DNA from: an uncultured Chitinophagales bacterium
GTDB lineage: Bacteria > Bacteroidota > Rhodothermia > Balneolales > Natronogracilivirgulaceae
DNA length: 64,000 bases
NCBI GenBank assembly: GCA_964505385.1
Contig: CAZDIA010000008.1
Coordinates: forward strand, 18,658 to 82,657
Reading direction: 5' to 3'
Each line of letters begins with the position of its first letter. The stretch's first letter is position 1. Shown here in pieces: positions 25,687-35,386 of this stretch. The translations under genes and the position numbers were made by a program. The notes beneath the pieces were generated by a model. That model was not told the origin of the DNA, made no database searches, and saw nothing but the letters and a program-made list of their open reading frames with translations.

Positions 25687-28410
25687 GATCGACTTAATTT
25701 CCGCCGAACCAAAGTGAAGTTCAATTGAACGCTGATCAACTGATAGAGCTTTTCCGCTTGTCATACTTTCAAACCCATCGGTCTCCCACGCTTCTTGAAA
25801 CTCCCAGCCTGGTTTGATGGCAGTTTTGACCGGCGAATTTCCCGGATTATATAGACGCAACACATATCCGCCCGATACCCTTTCGGCATATTTTATCGAT
25901 GAGATAAATATTTCCGTTGATGAAATTTTGATGAGGGAATGCTTACGGGGGAGCTTTCCTTCTCCTTCAACATAGGGCAAGTCCGGCAGCTCTCTTACCC
26001 ACATCGGATGGGCAAACTGACGCGCCGTAACGACTGCTGAGTCAAAATCCGAATCAAATCCAAAAGCGATATGATGCTCTAACGGCCTTAAACACTGAGC
26101 GCCTGGCGTCGGTACCGATGGTCCCGCCTGGCACCGGCGTATCCGTCCGTTTCCGACTGAAAGATAGCCGACCGAGCGGTGAAGCGTTACGGCGGCATAG
26201 CTTCCTTCATCTGACCTGAGCAATTCATATTCGTGATTGCCTCTTTGGGCAACCCAGGTATAATCACCCGATTTTCCGGTGATGAAGAAATCCTGAGCAT
26301 AATGAGTGGGATAGTCCAACTCTCCGGGATACTCCTTGTACCTCTCGGGATGGGACTCCGGCGTTCTGAGTTGCGGCTTTTCCCGGTGTGTCAGATGAAA
26401 AGAACTGTCGGCTGTAGAGGTATAATCCGATCCGGAATCGGCTATGAACATCCGTAAACGACCGTCTTTAAACTTGTTGCGGTAGGAGATCCTGCAAATG
26501 ATCCGGCCCTCTTCCAAGGCAATTTCAGTTTTTATCCGGACTTTCGTCAACTCATCAGAATCTTTGTCAGCAGGAACCAATAAGTCATGATGTGTAATCA
26601 GGGTATCTTTTTTTCCAACGGACTCTACATGTATCAATTCAGCAAACATCGGCTCGAAGTCTTTGGCCGGACCGAATGAGTAGGTATCGCCGAAATCGGG
26701 TTGATATTCAAAGCGGATGGCCTCTGTGAATGCTCTGTTGCGCTTTTTATCAATCAGCTCGATCCTGTTTTTCTGAGCTTCAATGCGATAAACCTCATTT
26801 TCAATAATTTTTACAGAGTTCTTTTGCTGCTCACTTTGTTTCTTCTTTTGCTCATCAAAATTCACCCGGTAGAGATGATAGCCCATTCCATCGACTTCGG
26901 CTTTAAACCTAATCTGATAAAATCGCCCCCAGGTGATTTCGACATAATTATTTCGTACCGCGGGTGCCTGGGTTTCCAGTATTTCTACCGGTATTAGGTT
27001 CCCGCTGCCGTCAACAAGCTGTAAATCGTGAAGCGGTACAGGTTTTCCATGTTCACCATCGGCATACGGAAAGAATACCTCGGTTTCAACATAGCTGCTG
27101 TTTTTGGCCGGATCGGGGTTGTAAACAAAAATATCAGAATACTGGCTCTCTGAATGAGCTTCCGGCTCTTCAAAACCGGATTTCACCATCACCTCAAGTT
27201 TTTCTACCATCAAGGTATCAGCAATTTCACTGACCTGACGATATCTAACCTCGTTATCCTCATGAACGCCATCCACCGAACACCCGCAGATATCATCGTG
27301 TGGATGGTTTTTAAGCAGTTTTTTCCAGGCGTGATCGATAATTTGGCGATCTTCTGTTTTGGATATCCCCTGAGCTGATGCCCAAACCGCAAGAGGTTCG
27401 GCTACGCGTTCAAGCAGGTGTTGGCAATGATGGTTCATCTGTTTCAAAGACACCCTCGTCGAATAAACACTGGACAATATCGGATGATCCGCATTGCCCT
27501 GTAGATCCCCGGTAAAAGTTCCGAGCTTATTCTGATCCACCGATGCTTTGAATGCCTCCGCAAACTCGGCAACAGTTCCTTGCCTGAGCTGTAGGTCTTC
27601 CATCTGTTTATTCAGCTCTTCAATCAGCTCCGGGATTTCCGGCTGTTCGGGCATGTGATCGAAGCCGTTTTCAAACAGATAGACATTTGAGTAATCCTGC
27701 TGCAGGGGCTCCATCAACTCCATGGCCTCTTTCACTCTTTTCAAAGCAAGTTCCGGCTCCGGCTCTTTACCGTCGAACCGGCCGATCTGTGCCGGGTAGC
27801 CCAGACCGCCGGCATTGAAATACCCCTCTCGCTGATAAAGATTTAAAAGCGTATGATGATTTCCGGGATCTTTCCACAAAAAAACCGCACCATAGCTCTT
27901 TTTCTCTTCTTCACCCCAACCTCTCATAAATATGTATGAGTTAATTCCGAAATCACCCAAAATTTGCGGCATTTGCGCAATGTGTCCGAATGGGTCGGGA
28001 ACGTATCCTTCCTTTAATCCGCCTCGAAACTCCCGACATAATCGATTGCCGTACTGAAGATTGCGATACAGCGACTCCCCGCTCACCTGAAATAAATCCG
28101 GCAAAATATACCACGGTCCAATTTCCAGCCTGCCATCCCCGATTAACTTTTTTAGCTGCTCCCGATTCTCCGGTTTAATTTCCAGATAATCCTCCAGAAG
28201 TACAGTCTGCCCGTCGAGAGTAAAAGATCGAAACTCCGTTTTTTGATCCAAGAGATTCATCAACCGGTCAATAAGCCTGATAAGCCGTAGTCGGTACTGC
28301 TCAAAGTTGAGATACCAGGCGCGATCCCAGTGGGTGTGGGATACCAAAATACCGGTTTTTAGCTTTTCGGAATCAAATGAATCATATGAGGCTGAATCTG
28401 GCTTTGTCAT
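25675..28410 (-). CDS. GH38 alpha-mannosidase, MngB (mannosylglycerate hydrolase)-like, cytoplasmic
   Basis: LVSHTHWDRAWY...LDGQTVLLEDYLEIKPENREQLKKLIGDGRLEIGPWY...LKNHPHDDICGCSVDGVHEDN parallels E. coli MngB (HMHWDREWY...LDGQTAILEDYFAVKPENK...LKNHAHDSIGCCCSDKVH). No signal peptide. Confidence 0.92.
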   Translation of the reverse strand: MTKPDSASYDSFDSEKLKTGILVSHTHWDRAWYLNFEQYRLRLIRLIDRLMNLLDQKTEFRSFTLDGQTVLLEDYLEIKPENREQLKKLIGDGRLEIGPWYILPDLFQVSGESLYRNLQYGNRLCREFRGGLKEGYVPDPFGHIAQMPQILGDFGINSYIFMRGWGEEEKKSYGAVFLWKDPGNHHTLLNLYQREGYFNAGGLGYPAQIGRFDGKEPEPELALKRVKEAMELMEPLQQDYSNVYLFENGFDHMPEQPEIPELIEELNKQMEDLQLRQGTVAEFAEAFKASVDQNKLGTFTGDLQGNADHPILSSVYSTRVSLKQMNHHCQHLLERVAEPLAVWASAQGISKTEDRQIIDHAWKKLLKNHPHDDICGCSVDGVHEDNEVRYRQVSEIADTLMVEKLEVMVKSGFEEPEAHSESQYSDIFVYNPDPAKNSSYVETEVFFPYADGEHGKPVPLHDLQLVDGSGNLIPVEILETQAPAVRNNYVEITWGRFYQIRFKAEVDGMGYHLYRVNFDEQKKKQSEQQKNSVKIIENEVYRIEAQKNRIELIDKKRNRAFTEAIRFEYQPDFGDTYSFGPAKDFEPMFAELIHVESVGKKDTLITHHDLLVPADKDSDELTKVRIKTEIALEEGRIICRISYRNKFKDGRLRMFIADSGSDYTSTADSSFHLTHREKPQLRTPESHPERYKEYPGELDYPTHYAQDFFITGKSGDYTWVAQRGNHEYELLRSDEGSYAAVTLHRSVGYLSVGNGRIRRCQAGPSVPTPGAQCLRPLEHHIAFGFDSDFDSAVVTARQFAHPMWVRELPDLPYVEGEGKLPRKHSLIKISSTEIFISSIKYAERVSGGYVLRLYNPGNSPVKTAIKPGWEFQEAWETDGFESMTSGKALSVDQRSIELHFGSAEIKSILIR

Positions 28411-28479
28411 ACTATTTATCTTTACAATAATGGTGTTAGGTCAAAGAATAATTTTTCAATCTGGTAAAATCAGTTCGAT

Positions 28480-28515
28480 TTTGAATGGAATCTAATTTCT
28501 CCTTAATTATATTTG
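28480..28515 (+). promoter_or_regulatory. Putative promoter of the GHL10-GHL10-symporter operon
   Basis: TATATTTG at 28508-28515 lies 37 nt upstream of the ATG at 28552. TTTG at 28480-28483 is upstream of it, with a somewhat long spacer. Confidence 0.4.
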
Positions 28516-28551
28516 AAACTAAATCTAATATCTGTTGGATTAAGAAAATTT

Positions 28552-29754
28552 ATGAAATTGATTCTGATTATTATCACAATTCTATTATGCTATGGCTGCT
28601 CAGAATCAGACTCCGAAACCAAACCGCAAATAAGGGGAGTCTGGCTTACCAATATTGATTCAGATATTATGTTTTCCTACGAAAACACTGCTGAGGCAAT
28701 GCAGTTTCTCTCCGATCGCGGATTTAATGTGGTGTTTCCGGTGGTCTGGAATGCCGGATATACGCTGTATCCGAGCGAGGTGATGGCGGAATACTTCGGC
28801 GAAGATTATCGCCTTCATCCGGATTTTGCCGATGACGACCGTGATCCGCTGCAGGATATCATCACCGAAGCCCATCGGCACGGCATGGAGGTAATGCCCT
28901 GGTTTGAATACGGTTTTGCCGCCTCCCATGATGAAAACGGCGGACATATCATAGAAGCCTACCCTGATTGGGCTGCCAAAGACAGCCTCGGCAATTTGCT
29001 CACCAAAAATGATTTCGAGTGGATGAACGCCATCAAACCGGAGGTTCAGGATTTTATTCTGGAACTGATCGGAGAGGTGATGGAAAACTACGATATCGAC
29101 GGCGTGCAGGGTGATGACCGGTTGCCTGCAATGCCTACCGAAGGCGGTTACAGCGACTATACCGCTTCACTTTACGAAGAAGAATCCGGCAACGAAGTGC
29201 CGCTTGATCCCAGAGAAGATGAGTTTCTGCAATGGAAAGCGGACAAACTCTCAGATTTCGGCGGAAGGCTCTATGAAAAAGTAAAAGCCCATGATGAAGA
29301 TTACATCGTCTCGCTCTCGCCGAGTGTTTATCCCTGGTCCAAAAACCACTATTTGCAGGATTGGCCGGAATGGATCCGCCGCGGTCAGGTAGAACTGGTC
29401 CATCCGCAGGTCTACCGGTACGAAGTCGATCAATACATCGAAACGATGGAAGAAACGATGGACTATTACTCCGAAGCTCTGGAAGAGTTGCATGAACAAG
29501 AGCCCGGAAAACAGGTACTGATGGCACCGGGAGTCCTCATAAAAGTTGGAGACCGCTATAACGGCCCGGATTATGTTAACCGGGCGCTGGATTTCCACAG
29601 AGATATCGGCATCGCCGGAGAGGTCTATTTCTTTTATGAAGGCCTCCACGAAAGCAACGAAAACCTCGGAGATAGCCTCTATTATAATCACTACTACGAA
29701 CCGGCCGAATTGCCTTACCGCGATCAGCCGAGAAGAATCGCTGGGACGGAATAA
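28552..29754 (+). CDS. GHL10 (DUF187, YngK/YddW-like) glycoside-hydrolase-like lipoprotein
   Basis: The ATG at 28552 gives the lipoprotein signal MKLILIIITILLCYGCSE. RGVWLTNIDS..., GFNVVFPVVW, PWFEYGFAA and DGVQGDDRLPAMP are the DUF187/GHL10 pattern. Confidence 0.8.
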   Translation: MKLILIIITILLCYGCSESDSETKPQIRGVWLTNIDSDIMFSYENTAEAMQFLSDRGFNVVFPVVWNAGYTLYPSEVMAEYFGEDYRLHPDFADDDRDPLQDIITEAHRHGMEVMPWFEYGFAASHDENGGHIIEAYPDWAAKDSLGNLLTKNDFEWMNAIKPEVQDFILELIGEVMENYDIDGVQGDDRLPAMPTEGGYSDYTASLYEEESGNEVPLDPREDEFLQWKADKLSDFGGRLYEKVKAHDEDYIVSLSPSVYPWSKNHYLQDWPEWIRRGQVELVHPQVYRYEVDQYIETMEETMDYYSEALEELHEQEPGKQVLMAPGVLIKVGDRYNGPDYVNRALDFHRDIGIAGEVYFFYEGLHESNENLGDSLYYNHYYEPAELPYRDQPRRIAGTE

Positions 29755-29786
29755 AAATTTGAATCTACAAAGACTTTATTAACCGT

Positions 29787-31775
29787 ATGCCTTTTGATAC
29801 CATTTACCACCGACGCAACAAATCATTGCAGCGTTTGAGCAGTATTGTATTTCTTGCGGTTGCTTTGCTGCTTTCATCCGGTTCTGTACAGGCCGGTAAG
29901 ACCAATAATGATGAACCCGACCAAGAGCTTCGCGGCGTTTGGATTACCGAAACCAACAGTCATTTGATGTTCGACCGTAAGCGTCTTGCTTCTGCGATGG
30001 ACTATTTGGCTGATAACGGCTTTAATGTGGTTTTTCCGGTTGTTTGGTTCCAGCAATATACACTTCACCCAAGTGATGTAATGGCCGAATATTTCGGCGA
30101 GGATAAACGCCAATCCCCGGCTTATGCCGGACAAAACCTGGATCCGCTAGAAGATATCATCAGCGAGGCTAAGAGGGTAGGTATTGAAGTAATACCTTGG
30201 TTTGAATACGGCTTTGCCGCTTATAATGAGGTTTTCGCCAACCGGGATTTCATCATCGAAACCTATCCGGAGTGGGCTTCTAAAAACAGGGAGGGAGAAA
30301 TTGCCCAGGATGGCAGTGGCTTTTCCTGGATGAACGGTTTCAAGCCGGAGGTCCAGGATTTTATGCTGGAGTTGATCGAAGAAGTCATTGAAAATTACGA
30401 TATCGACGGGATTCAGGGGGATGACCGGCTACCCGCCATGCCGATTGAAGCAGGCTACAGTGATTATACGGCTGACCGTTACCGTGATGAGCATGATGGC
30501 GAAGACCCGCCCTCCAATGAAAACAGCAACGCTTTTGTCCAGTGGCGCGCCGATATCCTTTCCGATTTCGGCGGCGATTTATATGAGATGGTCAAAGATC
30601 ACGATGAAAACCTGATCGTGTCGCTTTCTCCGAGTGTGTACAACTTTTCAAAAAACAATTTTCTGCAGGATTGGCCCGAATGGCTGGAGCGAGAACAGGT
30701 GGATATCATTCATCCTCAGGTTTATCGAAGAGATTTGAGTGCCTACACGAGCACTCTCGACCAACAGCTCAATCAGTTTGATGAAGATAATCAGCATAAA
30801 TTTACCCCCGGCGTACTTTCCGGTCTGAGAAGTGATGATGTAGTAACCCCTGATACATTAGCACTCAAAGTTGAAGCTAATCGTGAGCGAGGGGTAGCAG
30901 GAGAAGTATTTTTCTTTTATGAAACCATCCATGAAATGAATAATAATGCAGCAGATACTCTCCGTGAAAAAGTCTATCAAAATGAAGCATGGCTGCCTCA
31001 CCGGGATGGTGAATTATGGAGGGATGAGGGCACTGTAGCTAAGCATACAGACGATCAAACGGAGATAGAAGGCGACTGGGAAACCACAGATGAATACGAC
31101 GGGTATCGCAACGATCCGCTGCGCGTTGACGGAGGATCGGAGGCTTCCATCACCTGGAATGTCGATGTTCCCTATAACGCCTGGTTTGATGTCTATGCGC
31201 ACATCCCCTACCTCTCCCGCGGTACTGATGCAACCACGGCGGCGCCTTTCCGGGTTTCCGATTCAGATGGAGAAATAACAGAGGTTGATATCGACCAGAC
31301 TACCCGTGCAAGCCGGGCCTGGGTTCGGTTGGGAGAAGTATTTCTGGAAGAAGGTTCACACTCTGTGGTCAGCCTGGATGCTTCCGAAACAGATAGTACC
31401 AGCCCAATTTATGCGGATGCAGTCATGGTTGCCATCAATCGCAAATTGTCGCCGGAGGTCAATGTCATTACCCATTCACCGGATGATCCGGTTGCCGCTG
31501 AGAGGCCGGAAAGAGTTGAGCTGAAGCAAAATTACCCCAACCCGTTTAATCCGGTAACAGCAATCGAATTTGCCATCCCTGAACCGATGCCCGTCGAAGT
31601 TACCATATATGATATTATGGGACGTAAAGTGCAAACTCTTGTAGATCAATCACAAATGGAGGCCGGCTCTCATCAGCTCGAGTTTGATGCAACCGGTTTG
31701 GCGAGCGGAAAATATATTTACCGGCTTTACACGCCGGAAGGAACCAACTCTCAGATTATGACTCTGGTCAAGTAG
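29787..31775 (+). CDS. GHL10 (DUF187) glycoside-hydrolase-like protein with extra beta-sandwich region and T9SS CTD
   Basis: Paralog of the preceding gene, collinear over about 370 aa (RGVWITETNS..., GFNVVFPVVW, PWFEYGFAA, DGIQGDDRLPAMP). It has about 170 additional aa, then NYPNPFNPVTAIEFAIPEPMPVEVTIYDIMGRKV...ASGKYIYRL...MTLVK. Confidence 0.85.
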   Translation: MPFDTIYHRRNKSLQRLSSIVFLAVALLLSSGSVQAGKTNNDEPDQELRGVWITETNSHLMFDRKRLASAMDYLADNGFNVVFPVVWFQQYTLHPSDVMAEYFGEDKRQSPAYAGQNLDPLEDIISEAKRVGIEVIPWFEYGFAAYNEVFANRDFIIETYPEWASKNREGEIAQDGSGFSWMNGFKPEVQDFMLELIEEVIENYDIDGIQGDDRLPAMPIEAGYSDYTADRYRDEHDGEDPPSNENSNAFVQWRADILSDFGGDLYEMVKDHDENLIVSLSPSVYNFSKNNFLQDWPEWLEREQVDIIHPQVYRRDLSAYTSTLDQQLNQFDEDNQHKFTPGVLSGLRSDDVVTPDTLALKVEANRERGVAGEVFFFYETIHEMNNNAADTLREKVYQNEAWLPHRDGELWRDEGTVAKHTDDQTEIEGDWETTDEYDGYRNDPLRVDGGSEASITWNVDVPYNAWFDVYAHIPYLSRGTDATTAAPFRVSDSDGEITEVDIDQTTRASRAWVRLGEVFLEEGSHSVVSLDASETDSTSPIYADAVMVAINRKLSPEVNVITHSPDDPVAAERPERVELKQNYPNPFNPVTAIEFAIPEPMPVEVTIYDIMGRKVQTLVDQSQMEAGSHQLEFDATGLASGKYIYRLYTPEGTNSQIMTLVK

Positions 31776-31815
31776 AAAATCGACAACTACTCATAATGTA
31801 AAGCATCTGTAGCCC

Positions 31816-33651
31816 TTGGTTTTAATTGATTACATCATCATTGCCGTTTATATGATCATTCTGGTCAGTGTCGGGATTTACGGCAAACGGCAAGCAGAGA
31901 AAGGCATCGACAGCTTTTTCCTCGGGAACCGGAAAATTTCCTGGTGGATGCTCGGCTCTTCCGGTATGGCCTCAAATCTGGATGTGGCCGGTACATTGAT
32001 TATTGTCGCTTTTATCTACGCTATCGGTATTCAGGGGATTTTTATTGAAATCCGCGGCGGTGTGGTGCTGATCATGGCTTTCCTGATGATCTTCATGGGA
32101 AAGTGGAACCGCAGGGCAGGAGTTATGACGATTGCCGAATGGATGAAACTCCGGTTTGGTGACGGTAAGCAGGGAAACGCAGCTCGAATCTTAAGTGCCA
32201 CAGCTAATTTAGTTTTTGCCATAGCTATTGTGTCCTATTTTGCACAGGGCGGCGGGATTTTTCTCGGCAGCATCCTCGGTATTTCCCCGGAACTTGCCGC
32301 CATCCTGATGATCGGACTCGCATCAATCTACACCATAACCAGTGGTCTTTTCGGAGTCGTCTATACCGACGTTTTCCAGGGATTTCTGATCTTTTTCACC
32401 ATCATTTATGTCTGCATTCTCGCTTTTGTTCAGTTTGATTTACCCGAAGAGTTTATGGTATCGGTTCCCGCCGACGGCGGATTTAAAATGGTTCCCACTA
32501 CGCTTTCTGATTGGAGCACTTTCTGGCCTACACTCACTATGGACCTTCCGGGGGATTATGCCCAGTACAATTTGTTCGGGCTGGCCGTACTTTTTTACCT
32601 CTTTAAAACTTCCATTGAGGGCAGCGGCGGAACCGGCGGTTATTTGATCCAGCGCTACTTTGCCGCTAAGAACGACCGCGAAGCCGGTCTGCTCAGCCTT
32701 TTCTGGATTTTTCTGCTTTCCTTCCGGTGGCCGTTTGTGGTAGCCATTGCCATTATAGGGATATCTATGGGCCTGGGTGGGGACGTCATCGAAAATCCGG
32801 AAGAAGTACTTCCGATTGTGATTATGAATGAGCTGCCAATTGGCATTACCGGTCTGCTCGTTGCCGGCCTCATAGCCGCAGCAATGTCCACCTTCGACTC
32901 TATCGTTAACGCCGGTGCGGCTTATTGGGTAAAAGATATTTACCAGCGATATCTCAACCCAGAAGCGAATGGCCGCCAATTGCTGTTACACAGCCGCGGC
33001 TCTTCACTGCTTATTATCATTATCGGGGTTCTGCTGACTTATACTTATGATGACCTTAACGAAGTGTGGGGTTGGATCACCATGAGTCTTGGTTCCGGAC
33101 TGATTGTCCCTCAGCTAATCCGCTGGTATTGGTGGCGCTTCAACGGCTACGGATTCGCTTTTGGCACCTTTGCCGGAATGGTTATGGCCGTACTTCAACG
33201 CATTATCATGCCCGAATCTCCGGAATATGTCAACTTTTTGCTTATCAGCAGCGTCACGTTCATCGTATGCATCATGACCACTTTTATGACCGAGCAAACT
33301 GGTTTCAGCGATCTTAAAAAGTTTTATGCCAACACACGGCCGTTCGGTTTCTGGGGACCGGTTCGCAGTATTTTCTCACCTGAGCAGATGGAAGAGATCA
33401 ACAAGGAAAACCGCCGTGATATCATCTCTATTTTTATCGCGGTACCCTGGCAGCTGACGTTATTCATCACACCGATGGTATTCATGACCAAACAGTGGGA
33501 TTACTTTTTCATCATGCTTGCAATACTGATCGGCCTGTCGGTAGCACTGTACTTTACATGGTTCCGGCACTTGTCCGATATCGACCGCGAAGAGCCGGTT
33601 CCGGCAAATGATCCGGATGTTGAAATAATCGGCGGACGTGAGAAATCTTGA
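31816..33651 (+). CDS. sodium:solute symporter (SSF) family transporter
   Basis: 611 aa, about 13-14 TM segments. The N-terminus LIDYIIIAVYMIILVSVGIYGKRQ and internal motifs are typical of SSS transporters. A TTG start is inferred. Confidence 0.88.
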   Translation: MVLIDYIIIAVYMIILVSVGIYGKRQAEKGIDSFFLGNRKISWWMLGSSGMASNLDVAGTLIIVAFIYAIGIQGIFIEIRGGVVLIMAFLMIFMGKWNRRAGVMTIAEWMKLRFGDGKQGNAARILSATANLVFAIAIVSYFAQGGGIFLGSILGISPELAAILMIGLASIYTITSGLFGVVYTDVFQGFLIFFTIIYVCILAFVQFDLPEEFMVSVPADGGFKMVPTTLSDWSTFWPTLTMDLPGDYAQYNLFGLAVLFYLFKTSIEGSGGTGGYLIQRYFAAKNDREAGLLSLFWIFLLSFRWPFVVAIAIIGISMGLGGDVIENPEEVLPIVIMNELPIGITGLLVAGLIAAAMSTFDSIVNAGAAYWVKDIYQRYLNPEANGRQLLLHSRGSSLLIIIIGVLLTYTYDDLNEVWGWITMSLGSGLIVPQLIRWYWWRFNGYGFAFGTFAGMVMAVLQRIIMPESPEYVNFLLISSVTFIVCIMTTFMTEQTGFSDLKKFYANTRPFGFWGPVRSIFSPEQMEEINKENRRDIISIFIAVPWQLTLFITPMVFMTKQWDYFFIMLAILIGLSVALYFTWFRHLSDIDREEPVPANDPDVEIIGGREKS

Positions 33652-33686
33652 TTAGCTTTTTTCTTAGCGCCTGATTTGCAGGGGTT

Positions 33687-33720
33687 CAGTGTGTCAGGGC
33701 TACAGTGTGTCAGTGTGTCA
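33687..33720 (+). repeat. Short tandem repeat, 3 x CAGTGTGTCA
   Basis: CAGTGTGTCA occurs at 33687-33696, 33703-33712 and 33711-33720, in the symporter 3-prime flank. Confidence 0.7.
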
Positions 33721-33876
33721 AATTCAGTTAACAGTAATCAGTGATCGTGATGCGACGTCGGCTTTGGAATAAATTCCATTATTGAAGTCGATGGCACGAC
33801 GGCTTTCAATCCTGTTTGAAGTTTGATGTTCTATGTCCAAATGTCTATCTCACTTTGTCACTCTGTTACGGCGCTT

Positions 33877-33906
33877 GTCCCGACAAAGTCGGGATTACTT
33901 TTTTAC
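33877..33906 (+). terminator. Rho-independent terminator (plus strand)
   Basis: TCCCGAC-AAA-GTCGGGA hairpin followed by TTACTTTTTTACTT. Confidence 0.6.
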
Positions 33907-33909
33907 TTC

Positions 33910-33950
33910 AAAAAAAAGCCCTGCCGAAGCTACTCAACTCCAGCAGGGCT
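33910..33950 (-). terminator. Rho-independent terminator of the 33973-35304 gene
   Basis: AGCCCTGC / GCAGGGCT stem. The minus strand reads the hairpin followed by TTTTTTTT. Confidence 0.7.
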
Positions 33951-33972
33951 TTAGTTTGGAAGAATAAAAATC

Positions 33973-35304
33973 TTACTTCACAAAACTCATAGTTCGCGAC
34001 ACATTAACTTCACCGGCTCGCAGACGATAAATATAGGTTCCGCTTGCAAGTCCTGATGCATCGAAGGTCACTGAATGACGGCCGGAGCTTTGTTCTTCAT
34101 CCACAAGCGTTTTAACATGCTGCCCGGCAGCATTATAAACTTCCAGAAGTACTTCTTGAGCTTGCGGAATTTCATATTCTATGCTGGTTGAGGGGTTAAA
34201 AGGATTAGGATAATTTTGGTCGAGTTCATATCCCTCAGGCAGTTCCGTAATGATGCTGCCTCCAACTGATGTTACAACTTCATCTACACTGTAACTTTTC
34301 AGCGGATTTCGGGCTGATAACACAATTAACCGCCTCCGTTCGGTATCCAGCGCTGTAAATCCGTTCAACTGTACATTTTCGCGGATATCTTCATCCTCTT
34401 CACTCTCAAAAGTGCTGGCTACATAGCGAATGTCCTCATAATCCGTTACATCAGCCACATGAAACTTTGCCGTAGGAAACTTCGGCCCTGCAGCCAGCAA
34501 AGTAGTTTCGTCGGACATGACACCGGTTGAAACATTCATTGTTTGAGCGGGGAGAATCTCGGCAACAGTACCCAATTCACCTGTTTCGAGACTCATTTTT
34601 CTAACATCGGCATCGGCACCATTTACCCAGACACTATCTTCTCCGACAATTTCCGCAATGCCTCCGCGTGCATGGTTTGCATCTTCAACATCAAATATTT
34701 CAGCTTCTCCAAACATGCCTTCATCGGCATCGAAATGGGCAACGGCAACATTTTCATTTCCGAAAGCCCCGGTCACAAAGCTGAGGTCATTCCCTGTGCC
34801 TGAAATTCCGAAGGAATCTCCATAACGGGCATCCAGATCTTCTTCAAAGACAACTTCAGGCTCACTTCCGGAATCTTCCCAACGGTAAACTTTGTAGGTG
34901 CCTCCACCGTCAATGAGGTTGATGGCAAAAATCTGGCCGTCACGGGTAACATCGACGTCAGCTAAATCAAAGTCACCTCCATCTACGATACCATCATCTT
35001 CGCCCCGGCTCAGATAGCCTTCCAGTTCTCCGTTTTCGGGATTTACCACAGCTATTTGCTGCTGACCATCTATTCGCGTATGTACATACAATTCATCCGC
35101 CTCAGGATTGTAAGCTCCACCGCGATGCCAATAGACAGCAGTGCCATCTTCATCATCATCCCAGAGCCATTCAACATCAGCAGGATCAACATTCCATTCC
35201 GGCGTTTCGAGAAAGACAAACTCATCAGCGGCTTTTACTGTCCCAGCCACTGCAAAACACAGAACCAAAAGTGTTATCATTACATTAGGTATCAATTTTT
35301 GCAT
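33973..35304 (-). CDS. acidic T9SS cargo protein with unnamed propeller-like domain (paralog family), encoded directly downstream of susD
   Basis: The start at 35304 gives the signal peptide MQKLIPNVMITLLVLCFAVAGTVKA (the track start 35400 would overlap susD). The domain shares motifs with 19227-23126 and 43740-45047 (VTRDGQIFAINL, YKVYRWEDSGSEP, RYGDSFGISG). The CTD reads NYPNPFNPSTSIEYEIPQAQEVLLEVYNAAGQHV...ASGTYIYRL. Confidence 0.85.
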   Translation of the reverse strand: MQKLIPNVMITLLVLCFAVAGTVKAADEFVFLETPEWNVDPADVEWLWDDDEDGTAVYWHRGGAYNPEADELYVHTRIDGQQQIAVVNPENGELEGYLSRGEDDGIVDGGDFDLADVDVTRDGQIFAINLIDGGGTYKVYRWEDSGSEPEVVFEEDLDARYGDSFGISGTGNDLSFVTGAFGNENVAVAHFDADEGMFGEAEIFDVEDANHARGGIAEIVGEDSVWVNGADADVRKMSLETGELGTVAEILPAQTMNVSTGVMSDETTLLAAGPKFPTAKFHVADVTDYEDIRYVASTFESEEDEDIRENVQLNGFTALDTERRRLIVLSARNPLKSYSVDEVVTSVGGSIITELPEGYELDQNYPNPFNPSTSIEYEIPQAQEVLLEVYNAAGQHVKTLVDEEQSSGRHSVTFDASGLASGTYIYRLRAGEVNVSRTMSFVK

Positions 35305-35386
35305 AGTATTTGCTTTTTGAGGGTGAATGTGAATTGTTTTCGATTTTTTCGCAATTAAAATACACTGGTTAACTGGGTTCTGATAG

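Noticed and set aside
28513-28551. ORF-track TTG start for the first GHL10 gene
   Set aside because: It would place the start codon inside the TATATTTG promoter-like box and add a non-signal N-terminus. The ATG at 28552 gives a clean lipoprotein signal peptide.
32440-32979. 179-aa minus-strand ORF inside the symporter gene
   Set aside because: It is an antisense shadow within a gene whose plus-strand product is a full-length polytopic SSS transporter.
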